DNA of 29,040 nt from a virus (taxonomy: Duplodnaviria > Caudoviricetes), in the IMG/VR virus record IMGVR_UViG_3300032270_000539, positions 1 to 29,040 of that record. One strand, given 5' to 3'. Both the position numbers and the translations under genes were made by a program. This document shows, in pieces, positions 15,519 through 24,123 of the stretch (position 1 is its first letter; each line of letters starts with the position of its first letter). A model generated the notes under the pieces. That model did no database searches. It saw only the letters and a program-made list of their open reading frames with translations, and was not told the origin of the DNA.

Positions 15519-15606
15519 CTACGTCACCACCATACTTGTTAATAAAATGAACCATGTATCCAGCAATTATTAGAGAAACGACAATAGCAATAATGTTTTC
15601 TAACAT
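15505..15606 (-). CDS. 33-aa single-TM microprotein
   Basis: MLENIIAIVVSLIIAGYMVHFINKYGGDVDERN, starting 1 nt after upstream stop. Confidence 0.6.
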   Translation of the reverse strand: MLENIIAIVVSLIIAGYMVHFINKYGGDVDERN

Positions 15607-15607
15607 A

Positions 15608-16261
15608 TTAATCACGGCTCCCATGCCAATAGCACCAGCCGTGAACCTGCTTAAACTCTTCTTTAAAAATATCTTGGTATGATCTTTCAATCTTTGCTTT
15701 TGCCTCATGATCAATGTTAGGCTCTGGTTCACCAGATGTATAATGGAAAAATATCATATCAACATATTGATCATCTGTAAACAGTTGTGGAACTCTCCAG
15801 TGAACTTCATATGAAGGTCTAAATACTAACGCAGAGTTATCTGTAAGAGTAAATACCTTATCTTCAATAACAAGTGGCCACTGTACATTGGACTCTAGTT
15901 GATAGTCTACTGTTAGTTTTGCATCTCCTGTATCATAATGAGGTGCAAGTCTTGGCTCCCCAGTTTTATTTGAGTACCTAGTAAATGCAACCCCCTCAAC
16001 TACAAGGTCTTTGTTATGATTCTCATTAACATATTTAGTCACTTTAGATATTAATTCATAAGGAATCACATCTGCTGCAACGAATAAAACTCTTCCAGAC
16101 CATGGCTGATTAAGTAGTTTATCTAGAGGTCTTCCGTTCTCACGAATTTCTTCAATAGAAATGTCTATTGCTTCAGAACTATTTAAAAATGTATAGATGC
16201 TATTCTTTAAAACAGCAACGTCTTCATCATTAAATAGATCCGAAACAACTAGACTATCCAT
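15608..16261 (-). CDS. 2OG-Fe(II) oxygenase
   Basis: RY...LAPHYD, LTVDYQL, WPL, HWR, MIFFHY. Confidence 0.8.
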   Translation of the reverse strand: MDSLVVSDLFNDEDVAVLKNSIYTFLNSSEAIDISIEEIRENGRPLDKLLNQPWSGRVLFVAADVIPYELISKVTKYVNENHNKDLVVEGVAFTRYSNKTGEPRLAPHYDTGDAKLTVDYQLESNVQWPLVIEDKVFTLTDNSALVFRPSYEVHWRVPQLFTDDQYVDMIFFHYTSGEPEPNIDHEAKAKIERSYQDIFKEEFKQVHGWCYWHGSRD

Positions 16262-16262
16262 A

Positions 16263-17030
16263 TTAAATACCCATCTCTTTTCGCTTCTCTGTTGCAGAGA
16301 TAGCCTGAATAGATGCATCTAGTTCAATCTGTTCAATCTTATATCCTACATCACGACCATAAGAAATATTTGTAATGTTAGGCATCTTAATAACAAATGC
16401 TCCAGGAACATCTTCCTGAATGTATTTATTTACATCGCTAAAACTTAGTGGATCTTTTGGTGTCATGCCCTGTGTATGTCTGACGCCAAGAACAACCTGG
16501 TAGGCTTTCTTTTTTGCTTCTTCATACAAGGCTCTATGACCTTCATGCCACGGCTGGTAGCGACCTAGCATTAAGACTGTATCTTCTTTCCAGTCTACCA
16601 TTCCAAATTTACGGACTACAGTAATTGCACGAGTGGGAAGTGCATCAGTGTGCTCATCTCCAGTTACTTCAATTCTATGGTCATAGTGGATAGGATCTTC
16701 CCAAAGTTTATTTGTATCTTCAAATCGACCCTCCTTGATTGTGTCTACCCAGACAACAACATCTGCTTCACCAAAGGCTTTGCGTGTTTCTTCTGTAGGG
16801 CAAACAAAATCCACAAGAACTGGCTTATCTTGAATACCTTCAAGGAGTCGTGCCAATTCTCCCATGCGACGTGCTTGTTCAATTCTATCTTCTGGGCTAA
16901 ACCCAAGATCTTTATTTAATCCAGCACGGATTTGATCTGCGTTTAAGTGTATTGCATTTGTTCTATCTCTTACGGCATCAGCAATTGCTGTTTTACCTGA
17001 GCCTGGTAGCCCTAAAAATTGAATTATCAT
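16263..17030 (-). CDS. cysC: Adenylyl-sulfate kinase fused to HIGH-type nucleotidyltransferase
   Basis: GLPGSGKT, LNADQIRAGLNKDLGFSPEDR, FVCP; C-terminal MLGRYQPWHEGH. Confidence 0.88.
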   Translation of the reverse strand: MIIQFLGLPGSGKTAIADAVRDRTNAIHLNADQIRAGLNKDLGFSPEDRIEQARRMGELARLLEGIQDKPVLVDFVCPTEETRKAFGEADVVVWVDTIKEGRFEDTNKLWEDPIHYDHRIEVTGDEHTDALPTRAITVVRKFGMVDWKEDTVLMLGRYQPWHEGHRALYEEAKKKAYQVVLGVRHTQGMTPKDPLSFSDVNKYIQEDVPGAFVIKMPNITNISYGRDVGYKIEQIELDASIQAISATEKRKEMGI

Positions 17031-17242
17031 CGTAGTTTCTCTCTCTCATCTAGAATGCTTATTGCAAACTTCATCATCTTGTCATATCCAACAGCATTGT
17101 CCATCACTTTATTGTAGTGGTGCCCACAAAAAAATAGGTCCCCTGCAATACCATTAACTTTAACTAAAGCCTCAGAATTACATCTATCACATCGATCATG
17201 GGGTGACAGTTGCCATTCTTGCTGAACATCATCTTTAATCAT
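17027..17242 (-). CDS. Small Zn-finger protein
   Basis: DRCDRC...LFFCGHH; TATAAT 7 nt upstream of ATG 17242. Confidence 0.75.
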   Translation of the reverse strand: MIKDDVQQEWQLSPHDRCDRCNSEALVKVNGIAGDLFFCGHHYNKVMDNAVGYDKMMKFAISILDEREKLR

Positions 17243-17255
17243 TGTAAACATTATA

Positions 17256-17444
17256 CTACCGCTTTCTGTTGTCGGTGGAATAAAATCCACTGCCGTTGAA
17301 TACTGCTCCTATATTAGAGTATACACGTTCCAGAGGAACATTGCAAGTCTCACAGTTATATCCTGGATCATCTTCTTTGATTGATCGAACTTTTACTACG
17401 ATATCGTTGCAACCTGCAGTACATTTATATTCGTACGCTGGCAT
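17256..17444 (-). CDS. FmdB family Zn-ribbon protein
   Basis: MPAYEYKC..C, CETC, FNGSGFYSTD. Confidence 0.9.
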   Translation of the reverse strand: MPAYEYKCTAGCNDIVVKVRSIKEDDPGYNCETCNVPLERVYSNIGAVFNGSGFYSTDNRKR

Positions 17445-17543
17445 CTACTTCTTCTTTAGTTGCCAAACAGGAAGATTAACTTTTGTATCTTCTAGTTTAT
17501 ATCCTAAGATAGATACAAACGCTTTGATAAGTTTAATTCTCAT
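17445..17543 (-). CDS. 32-aa microprotein (not in ORF track)
   Basis: MRIKLIKAFVSILGYKLEDTKVNLPVWQLKKK; exactly fills the gap with TAATG and TAGATG junctions. Confidence 0.65.
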   Translation of the reverse strand: MRIKLIKAFVSILGYKLEDTKVNLPVWQLKKK

Positions 17544-17743
17544 TATTTTACCCTCTTTCCAAGTTTTGCCCAAAGTCTTTCATGTATGAAATATCCTAGC
17601 GCTTCCCATGCAATATAAATTAATGCACCAAGGCTTGCATATTCCCACTCTCCAGTAAACAAGTAGATAACTCCTGCAACACCAATAAGGTGAAAGGTTT
17701 CCCAACTGACTGTTTTGAGTAAAGTTCTCTTAGTTGATTCCAT
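17543..17743 (-). CDS. DUF2061 membrane protein
   Basis: KRTLLKTVSW...YFIHERLW; TAATG coupling to lysin. Confidence 0.8.
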   Translation of the reverse strand: MESTKRTLLKTVSWETFHLIGVAGVIYLFTGEWEYASLGALIYIAWEALGYFIHERLWAKLGKRVK

Positions 17744-18285
17744 TATTTGACCTTGCTTAACAGCGGTACATCTTCTTCTCCAGCATACACTGGACGACCC
17801 CAACCAACAACAGCGTTAATCAACTTCTTCTTGTTGTCTTTTACATAGCCACGAGTCTTCTCTACGCACATTCCGCCATTGCGCTGGTCTCCTTTTGCAG
17901 TTCCTGAAGTGTTTCCTTCAATAACTTGAATTGTTCCATCACCATTGTTCTTAATACAAAGACCAACATGGGAAATTCTGTTTACTCCATCATCTGGAAA
18001 ATCAAAATAGATCCAGTCTCCTGGAGTTGGATCATCGTTACGAGCATCTGCCCAACGACCTTCTTTTTTAAATTGATCTGATGCTGCTACTGTTGATGCA
18101 GATTTAGGAAATTTTGCTACCCCCGCAGTAAATGCACACCAAGAAACGAATGACTGGCACCATGGTTGGAAGTTAACCTTCATCCATGCGCCATACTTTG
18201 TTTCATTATCTTTAGGGCCTTCAATTGTGCCCACTTCTTTCTTTGCAACCTCAATGATTGCTTTTAATGTTCCTTTATCAGCCAT
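17743..18285 (-). CDS. CHAP-domain peptidoglycan hydrolase (endolysin)
   Basis: PWCQSFVSW, PGDWIYF, SHVG, IEGNT. Confidence 0.9.
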   Translation of the reverse strand: MADKGTLKAIIEVAKKEVGTIEGPKDNETKYGAWMKVNFQPWCQSFVSWCAFTAGVAKFPKSASTVAASDQFKKEGRWADARNDDPTPGDWIYFDFPDDGVNRISHVGLCIKNNGDGTIQVIEGNTSGTAKGDQRNGGMCVEKTRGYVKDNKKKLINAVVGWGRPVYAGEEDVPLLSKVK

Positions 18286-18305
18286 TTTTTCCTCCTATAG
18301 GATAT

Positions 18306-18320
18306 GTATTAATTATACCA
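18306..18320 (-). promoter_or_regulatory. Extended -10 promoter (repeated motif)
   Basis: TGGTATAATTAATAC, identical to 21000-21014; followed by AGGAGG SD. Confidence 0.7.
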
Positions 18321-18322
18321 GA

Positions 18323-19747
18323 TTAGCGTGTAATTGTAAAGTTGTATGCTTTTTCCCAGGCTAAAATATCAGCCTCATCATTAAGAAGTGGTTGACCTTT
18401 AATATTAAGGCTGGTATTAAGAAGAACTGGCACCCCAGTCTGTAAATAAAACTTATTTAAAGTCCTCCATAAGCCACGGTGTTGATCCTTGTTTACAGTC
18501 TGGACCCTTGAGGTTCCATCTTTATGAACCACTGATGGTATTTTATCTGGCTGTAAACATTTAACCGTATACTGCATATACGGAGAATCAAAGTCCATAT
18601 CAAACCACTTGTCTGCAAACTCCTCCATAACAACTGGAGCAAATGGCCTAAAGAGTTCTCTTTGTTTAATTAAATTAACTTTGTCTTTTATTAGTGGATC
18701 TCTTGGATCAGCAAGAATACTTCTATTCCCTAATGCTCTTGGACCATACTCTGCTCTTCCTGATGCTACTGCTACGATTCCATCTTTTAGTATGCCGTCA
18801 ATTATTTTGTCAACTGGATATTCCCCGCCTAAGTCGTGACCTAGGTATGGATCTTTCCATTCAATATGTTTTCCATATAACGCTGCTGCTGCACCTAAAG
18901 AACTTCCAGCATCTCCTGGGTTGGGCATAATCCAAACATCACCAAAAATATTCCATAACAGGGTGTTGGCAGAAGAGTTTAAAGCGCAACCACCCATAAA
19001 CACAAGGTTGTCTTTGCCCGTTATATTGTACGCCATATGCATAAATTCATTTAGCCTTTGTTGATAAACAAATTGAACTGCAGCAGCAATATCAAACTTA
19101 TCCTGCTCAGATTCAATCCATCCCCAGTCAGTAATTCCTTTATGAAAGTTATACTTTTGTTGATCATACTTTGGAAAATAGTCATCAATTTTTCTGTAAT
19201 ATTTTGTCCAGTCGCCATATGCTGCCATACCCATCATAATATATTCTTCTTGATTTGGCATTAGGCCTATTAGTTGTGTGAAAGCAGAATAGAATAATCC
19301 AAAACTAACTGGATAGTTTTGTTTGTACTTAAGTCTGATCTTGTCTCCTTCTCCAACCCAGATTGTTGAGGTATTGTATTCACCAATAGCGTCAAGAACA
19401 ACTATGACCGCATCATTAAAAGGACTGGTGTAGTACCCTGCACAAGCGTGAGAGTAGTGATGCTTAAATGATTTTCTTGGAATATTATCTATATCAAATT
19501 TTGGAAGCCAGTCACCTGAACCGCCTCTAAGAAATAGCCTTGATCTTTTTAGTAATGGCTTTTCATAGTATGCTACATAATCTGGTTTTCCATACTGCAA
19601 AGCATCTTGAATTAAATTATCATTCACATACCAATCATTTTTCTTTTTGCTATATCGCTCAGCATGTCCTGCAAAAAGAATCTCCCCATCCTTTATTAAG
19701 GATACAGATGCATCATGTGATGTTTCATTAACTCCAAGGATTATCAT
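18323..19747 (-). CDS. O-carbamoyltransferase, NodU/CmcH family
   Basis: HDAS, ERYSKKK, HHYSHA, DAIGE, GGCALN, GDAG, EYGPRALGNRS, FRPFAP, DGTSRVQTV, LNTSLN. Confidence 0.95.
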   Translation of the reverse strand: MIILGVNETSHDASVSLIKDGEILFAGHAERYSKKKNDWYVNDNLIQDALQYGKPDYVAYYEKPLLKRSRLFLRGGSGDWLPKFDIDNIPRKSFKHHYSHACAGYYTSPFNDAVIVVLDAIGEYNTSTIWVGEGDKIRLKYKQNYPVSFGLFYSAFTQLIGLMPNQEEYIMMGMAAYGDWTKYYRKIDDYFPKYDQQKYNFHKGITDWGWIESEQDKFDIAAAVQFVYQQRLNEFMHMAYNITGKDNLVFMGGCALNSSANTLLWNIFGDVWIMPNPGDAGSSLGAAAALYGKHIEWKDPYLGHDLGGEYPVDKIIDGILKDGIVAVASGRAEYGPRALGNRSILADPRDPLIKDKVNLIKQRELFRPFAPVVMEEFADKWFDMDFDSPYMQYTVKCLQPDKIPSVVHKDGTSRVQTVNKDQHRGLWRTLNKFYLQTGVPVLLNTSLNIKGQPLLNDEADILAWEKAYNFTITR

Positions 19748-20409
19748 TCTGCTCCAGTAGAGTCTCTTTTTTGTTCCAACGGAACATTGTGATACCAGTT
19801 TGGTAGGGCATATCTTGGACCTCTTGTCACGGGATATACTTCATGAACATACAGGAAGTTTGATGGAAAGAATAATACGCTCCCTGCTTCAGGTTTAAAT
19901 TTTAATCCCGAATGCCTAAACTCTATCTCTCCACCTTCGTAATCGTCGTTAAGGTATAGAAGAACAGATAAAACCCTAGTGCTTATTCCTTGATCCTGAT
20001 GTGCTGGAAGGTGCCCAGTTTTATCATATCTAAGAAGATGCATTGTTTTTTCTCTAGACTTAATATTCTTTTCTGCAAAGGGATATAATTCTGTTGAGTA
20101 GTGCTCAAGCGTTATATCTAGTGCTCCAAATAATTCATCAGAAATGAAAGTTTGCTCATCTAGATATATATCAGACTTTGGAATGTCCTTTACTTGCGGT
20201 ATAAATTTTTGCATATTGAATGTAAGCATATTAGCACCATCACCATATGTCCATGGGACCCAGGGCTTTACAGAAGTTTTAAATGGTGCTGGCTTGTCTT
20301 CTTGATACCTAGCATCAAGTTCTTCAATTTTATTAATTAACTCTGCTGGATTGTTTACAATATTTTTATAGTAAACCATTCCAAGATCAAGTATCTCATA
20401 GTTTAACAA
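19744..20409 (-). CDS. 2OG-Fe(II) oxygenase, prolyl-4-hydroxylase-like
   Basis: HQD, YLNDDYEGGEIEF, HEVYPVTRGPRY; TTG start at 20409 inferred from AAGGA SD. Confidence 0.92.
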   Translation of the reverse strand: MLNYEILDLGMVYYKNIVNNPAELINKIEELDARYQEDKPAPFKTSVKPWVPWTYGDGANMLTFNMQKFIPQVKDIPKSDIYLDEQTFISDELFGALDITLEHYSTELYPFAEKNIKSREKTMHLLRYDKTGHLPAHQDQGISTRVLSVLLYLNDDYEGGEIEFRHSGLKFKPEAGSVLFFPSNFLYVHEVYPVTRGPRYALPNWYHNVPLEQKRDSTGAE

Positions 20410-20989
20410 GTGGGTAATCCTTTGCTTTCCATTTATTAAATCCAGGATGGAATTCTGGATCAGCATGTGCTGGTAAAGATGTATGCATGTATAAACCAGT
20501 GTATCTATCTCCTCTGGTTACAGTTGTAATTCCATGGATATACTCTGTTCCTGCTCCTGGGAAAAATACAGCAGAATATTGTTTTGGTTGATACTCAAAC
20601 TCTTGGTTTGGGAAATAAATCTTTCCACCATCATACTCTGACTCATTATTTAAATACATAATTGTGCTAAACTCAATCCAAGGCTCTGGACCTTGTGCGT
20701 CAATATGTAGGTCACCTTTTGTTCCAGTTTGCCAATGTGATCCGAACGCCTTAAATACGTAGATGTCATTCTTAAAGCCCATGAGTTCTTTATGCATCTG
20801 ATTTGATTTATGACCATACTTGATCATGATATCCTGTACAGTTTTATTGTACGGCAATGAGGTACCACCAAACCTTTTGGCGTAATACTTTGGATACTCA
20901 TTTACTTCTGATGGATTTAGTTGCTCGTCAATTAATGTCTTAGCATCTTCTGGCGAGATGAAGTTCTCTATTACTGTTATTCTATGCAT
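20396..20989 (-). CDS. 2OG-Fe(II) oxygenase, prolyl-4-hydroxylase-like
   Basis: HID, YLNNESEYDGG, HGITTVTRGDRY. Confidence 0.92.
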   Translation of the reverse strand: MHRITVIENFISPEDAKTLIDEQLNPSEVNEYPKYYAKRFGGTSLPYNKTVQDIMIKYGHKSNQMHKELMGFKNDIYVFKAFGSHWQTGTKGDLHIDAQGPEPWIEFSTIMYLNNESEYDGGKIYFPNQEFEYQPKQYSAVFFPGAGTEYIHGITTVTRGDRYTGLYMHTSLPAHADPEFHPGFNKWKAKDYPLVKL

Positions 20990-20999
20990 TATTCCTCCT

Positions 21000-21014
21000 G
21001 TATTAATTATACCA
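21000..21014 (-). promoter_or_regulatory. Extended -10 promoter (repeated motif)
   Basis: TGGTATAATTAATAC directly followed by AGGAGG SD. Confidence 0.7.
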
Positions 21015-21884
21015 TTAGTGAATTGACTTGGTTTTTGCTACAAATCTTCTGGCATCAACCTTATTGAAATCTAGTTTATCTGGGTCATATTCAACATCAT
21101 TTCCATCGAATGGCAACTTTTTTATTAGTTTAAGATCAATACCGTGAAATACTTCAAAATCTTCACGGCTTCTTTTCCTTGCCCCAAGAAATAGGAACTT
21201 GCTTTTTCCTGTATTTAATAGGTTGACTACCTCATTGTAGTTATGGTTTAAGGAGAATGGAGTATATATGTTTCCAATTGTTGGTGACTCTGATATGCTA
21301 AAAAATTTTGTAGGGCAAGAATAAATATCAAAGTTGGCAGAGAACATGTCAAGAGACATGGTTTCTTCTTCTCCATTGTACTTTAGGTATTCTGGATACT
21401 TCATATGGTGATGAAATATTTCTTTTGTAGTAAAAATAAAATCTCTATCTATATAGTTAGTTAATGTAAAGTCTTCACAGTCTGTTTTTTGTACGTCTAT
21501 ATAAAAAAGATTGTTGTTGGAAAGTTTTACAGAATGGTTTCCAGAAATAAGAATCTGCTTATCTTGCATAAAGTCTAATAAATTTTTATCCCAATCTTTT
21601 GTCAGCATTACTGAGTCGCCCAACTGCAAGACATATTCTGCCCTTGAGTTTCTAATTGCTTGATTTTTAATTGAGCATGGAGATTTTTGAGAATCCCAAA
21701 ATATGTGAGTGTAGTACGCAACTCCAATAGACTTAAATAATTCTGTTCTATCAAGAGGATGTTGATCTGCAACATAAACTGTTATCTTATTGTCTCCGCT
21801 AGACATCTCTTTTAGGTTAGTTACTGTTTCTTTTAATTTCTTTCCCTTATAGGAGTAAATAACAACATCAATAGTTTTACTCAT
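21015..21884 (-). CDS. Glycosyltransferase-like protein, GT-A fold
   Basis: IDVVIYSY, IKNQAI...EYVLQLGDS...DWD, YNGEE..MS. Confidence 0.65.
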   Translation of the reverse strand: MSKTIDVVIYSYKGKKLKETVTNLKEMSSGDNKITVYVADQHPLDRTELFKSIGVAYYTHIFWDSQKSPCSIKNQAIRNSRAEYVLQLGDSVMLTKDWDKNLLDFMQDKQILISGNHSVKLSNNNLFYIDVQKTDCEDFTLTNYIDRDFIFTTKEIFHHHMKYPEYLKYNGEEETMSLDMFSANFDIYSCPTKFFSISESPTIGNIYTPFSLNHNYNEVVNLLNTGKSKFLFLGARKRSREDFEVFHGIDLKLIKKLPFDGNDVEYDPDKLDFNKVDARRFVAKTKSIH

Positions 21885-22647
21885 TTTCGTTGTCAATCTC
21901 TATCTCTTTACTATTCTTAGTTCCAAATCTTTTTCTTATCCATGCAGTCTCTTTATAATATCCATAGAGTCTTGATCTTCTATTTTCTGCTGCCAACTCG
22001 TGCTTGTCTAAATCTTCTTCAGTCTCAAGGACTTCGCTTTCCCAATCCTCACGCTTAAAAGGAATTATTTGGAATATAGGAGTTCCCTTTGGAATCAAGC
22101 CTATAAAATCTTTTTGTAAAAAGAATGCAGTAAATACTGGCAGTCCCCAAATATCTGACTCAACAATTCCAGACATAGTATAAAATGGCAGATCAAATCT
22201 ATTCATTGGGTGCGTAATTAAAACAGAGTAGCCTGGGGGTGTTTCGTAATACCAATTCATTCTCCAGCCGTAATGTATTGGATGACAGTTGTTTGGTACT
22301 GGAAGTTCGATTGTTGGTCTCTTATCTATCATCATGACCTCACCTTTCCAAGACACAATAGGTTTACCCTTTTCATCTTGATCTACATATACATCATCTT
22401 CTAACACGTACATATAGCCACCAGTTAAAGCATCAAAGAATGGCATGCACATTTTTGTTGCAACCATTGCACCATCTGTTCCTATATTATTTTTTACTCC
22501 AAGAGTTATATCGTCATTAGATTTATCAAATCTTGTCAAACTCTTATACCACTCTGGAACAGTGCTTACTCCTGGTACTGGTGCAGTTAATCTACCATCA
22601 TGCCCCGTAAATCCTGGTGTAAATTTTATAGATAAAGGTTTTTTCAC
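21877..22647 (-). CDS. DUF6065-like / dUTPase-like fold protein
   Basis: PEWYK, KMCMPFFDALTGGY, TPPGYSVLITHPMN, SGIVESD, IPKGTPIFQIIPFKRE. Confidence 0.7.
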   Translation of the reverse strand: MKKPLSIKFTPGFTGHDGRLTAPVPGVSTVPEWYKSLTRFDKSNDDITLGVKNNIGTDGAMVATKMCMPFFDALTGGYMYVLEDDVYVDQDEKGKPIVSWKGEVMMIDKRPTIELPVPNNCHPIHYGWRMNWYYETPPGYSVLITHPMNRFDLPFYTMSGIVESDIWGLPVFTAFFLQKDFIGLIPKGTPIFQIIPFKREDWESEVLETEEDLDKHELAAENRRSRLYGYYKETAWIRKRFGTKNSKEIEIDNENE

Positions 22648-23366
22648 TTAAATTCTTTCTTGCTTCTAAACTTTAGTTTATATGCATTAACAAAATTACT
22701 TCTGACATTAAGTCTTTGCTTTGTTATAACAGCGTTTGCTTCTTTATTTTCAACAATCTCCATTTCCCAATCTTCACGCTTAACTGGGATAACTTGAACA
22801 AGCGGTGTGCCTTGCTTTATTACTCCCTTAAAGTTTTTTCTAACAAGGAAAGATAAGTGACCATCACTAATAAACTTATCAGTGTCTACATATGCACCCA
22901 TTGCATAGAATGGAGAAGAGTCTTTATGAACTGGATTCATAAAAATACAACTATATCCTTCTTCCGTTCCAACAGAATAAAATGGCATAATTCTGAATAG
23001 GTCCTTATGATAAAGTTCTTTGTCTATTGGGTAATGAGAATACTGTAGAATATCATGCTTTGATATCATGTCCACCGCAAATTGTTTCAATGTGATTGGA
23101 ACTGACCATTCAATTTTTTCTGGGTTTGTTGCATCAATATAAATATCACAAGGGCATAAAATTAAATATCCAGCAGTCATATAATCAAATACAGGCATAC
23201 ATCTTTTTACTGTAGAAGACACATTTCCCATTGGTAAAAACTTTGCATCATCGATGGATCCAGGTTGATCCCTGTACCATTTTGGTACAAGTCTAGATGC
23301 TGGAATTGGTTCAGGAGCAAACGACTGGGTTTTCTCGCTGAATGGGTAAAATTTAATCTTGTTCAT
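22644..23366 (-). CDS. DUF6065-like / dUTPase-like fold protein (paralog)
   Basis: PKWYR, KRCMPVFDYMTAGY, GYSCIFMNP, VDTD, IKQGTPLVQVIPVKRE. Confidence 0.7.
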   Translation of the reverse strand: MNKIKFYPFSEKTQSFAPEPIPASRLVPKWYRDQPGSIDDAKFLPMGNVSSTVKRCMPVFDYMTAGYLILCPCDIYIDATNPEKIEWSVPITLKQFAVDMISKHDILQYSHYPIDKELYHKDLFRIMPFYSVGTEEGYSCIFMNPVHKDSSPFYAMGAYVDTDKFISDGHLSFLVRKNFKGVIKQGTPLVQVIPVKREDWEMEIVENKEANAVITKQRLNVRSNFVNAYKLKFRSKKEFK

Positions 23367-24027
23367 AAAAGTTCCTAACTCTCTGTATCATTATATCATC
23401 TGCTTCAAAAACCATATCGAACATGGGCTGTTGCCTTTTAATCTTGCCAAACTTTGGAGAAACCATATGCTTCCCAGTATTTTTAAAACTAAAGTCAACG
23501 AAGTGTGGCTCAACATATACCTCAGTTTTATCTGTCTTTTTATAAGAAGCAGAAGATTCCTGTATAAAGAATGGAGACTCTACGTCAGGTCTTACATACC
23601 TTACCTCAATGTCCTCATCAATAAACCAAGGAACGTAAAACTTATAATATCCCAAAAAGCAATCTTTTGGTCTATCATATGTGTTTTTTGTTCTATAGTA
23701 TTGTCTCATCCAAGGTCGATCTAAATTAAAAAACTCCCCGCCCTTTTTTATTAACAAAAAGAACTCTGCGTGATTTCCTTGTCTTAAAGTAACAGTATTG
23801 CCAATTATAGATATAAGTTCTGGTTTTGGATACAGAGCCTCTACGTATTTATTGATTGGCTTTATTACTGAATCAGAGTACTTTCCTTTTAGGACATACT
23901 CATACCTAGTCCATTTTTCAGGCAGCCTAGACTTTTTACTGATCTCAGAGAATACTGGATCAAATGTTGTGTACCACACGTTGAAGTCATATTTATCTTC
24001 TTCGTGAAGCATAAGTGGTTGTTCCAT
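23353..24027 (-). CDS. Hypothetical protein, possible divergent DUF6065-like paralog
   Basis: LPEKW near N-terminus, KIKRQQPMFDM near C-terminus; AAGGAAG SD. Confidence 0.6.
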   Translation of the reverse strand: MEQPLMLHEEDKYDFNVWYTTFDPVFSEISKKSRLPEKWTRYEYVLKGKYSDSVIKPINKYVEALYPKPELISIIGNTVTLRQGNHAEFFLLIKKGGEFFNLDRPWMRQYYRTKNTYDRPKDCFLGYYKFYVPWFIDEDIEVRYVRPDVESPFFIQESSASYKKTDKTEVYVEPHFVDFSFKNTGKHMVSPKFGKIKRQQPMFDMVFEADDIMIQRVRNFYEQD

Positions 24028-24040
24028 CTTTACTTCCTTG

Positions 24041-24113
24041 CTGGTCTGGCAGGTTTCGATCCTGCGACATCCGAATTAACAGTTCGGCACTCTACCAACT
24101 GAGTTACAGACCA
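24041..24113 (-). tRNA. tRNA-Asn(GTT)
   Basis: TGGTCTG/CAGACCA, ACTC/GAGT, CCGAA-CTGTTAA-TTCGG, GCAGG-ATCGAAA-CCTGC, G discriminator. Confidence 0.92.
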
Positions 24114-24123
24114 TTATACACTA

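Noticed and set aside
24113-24118. TATAAT next to tRNA-Asn as its promoter
   Set aside because: Overlaps the first tRNA base, so transcription would start inside the tRNA
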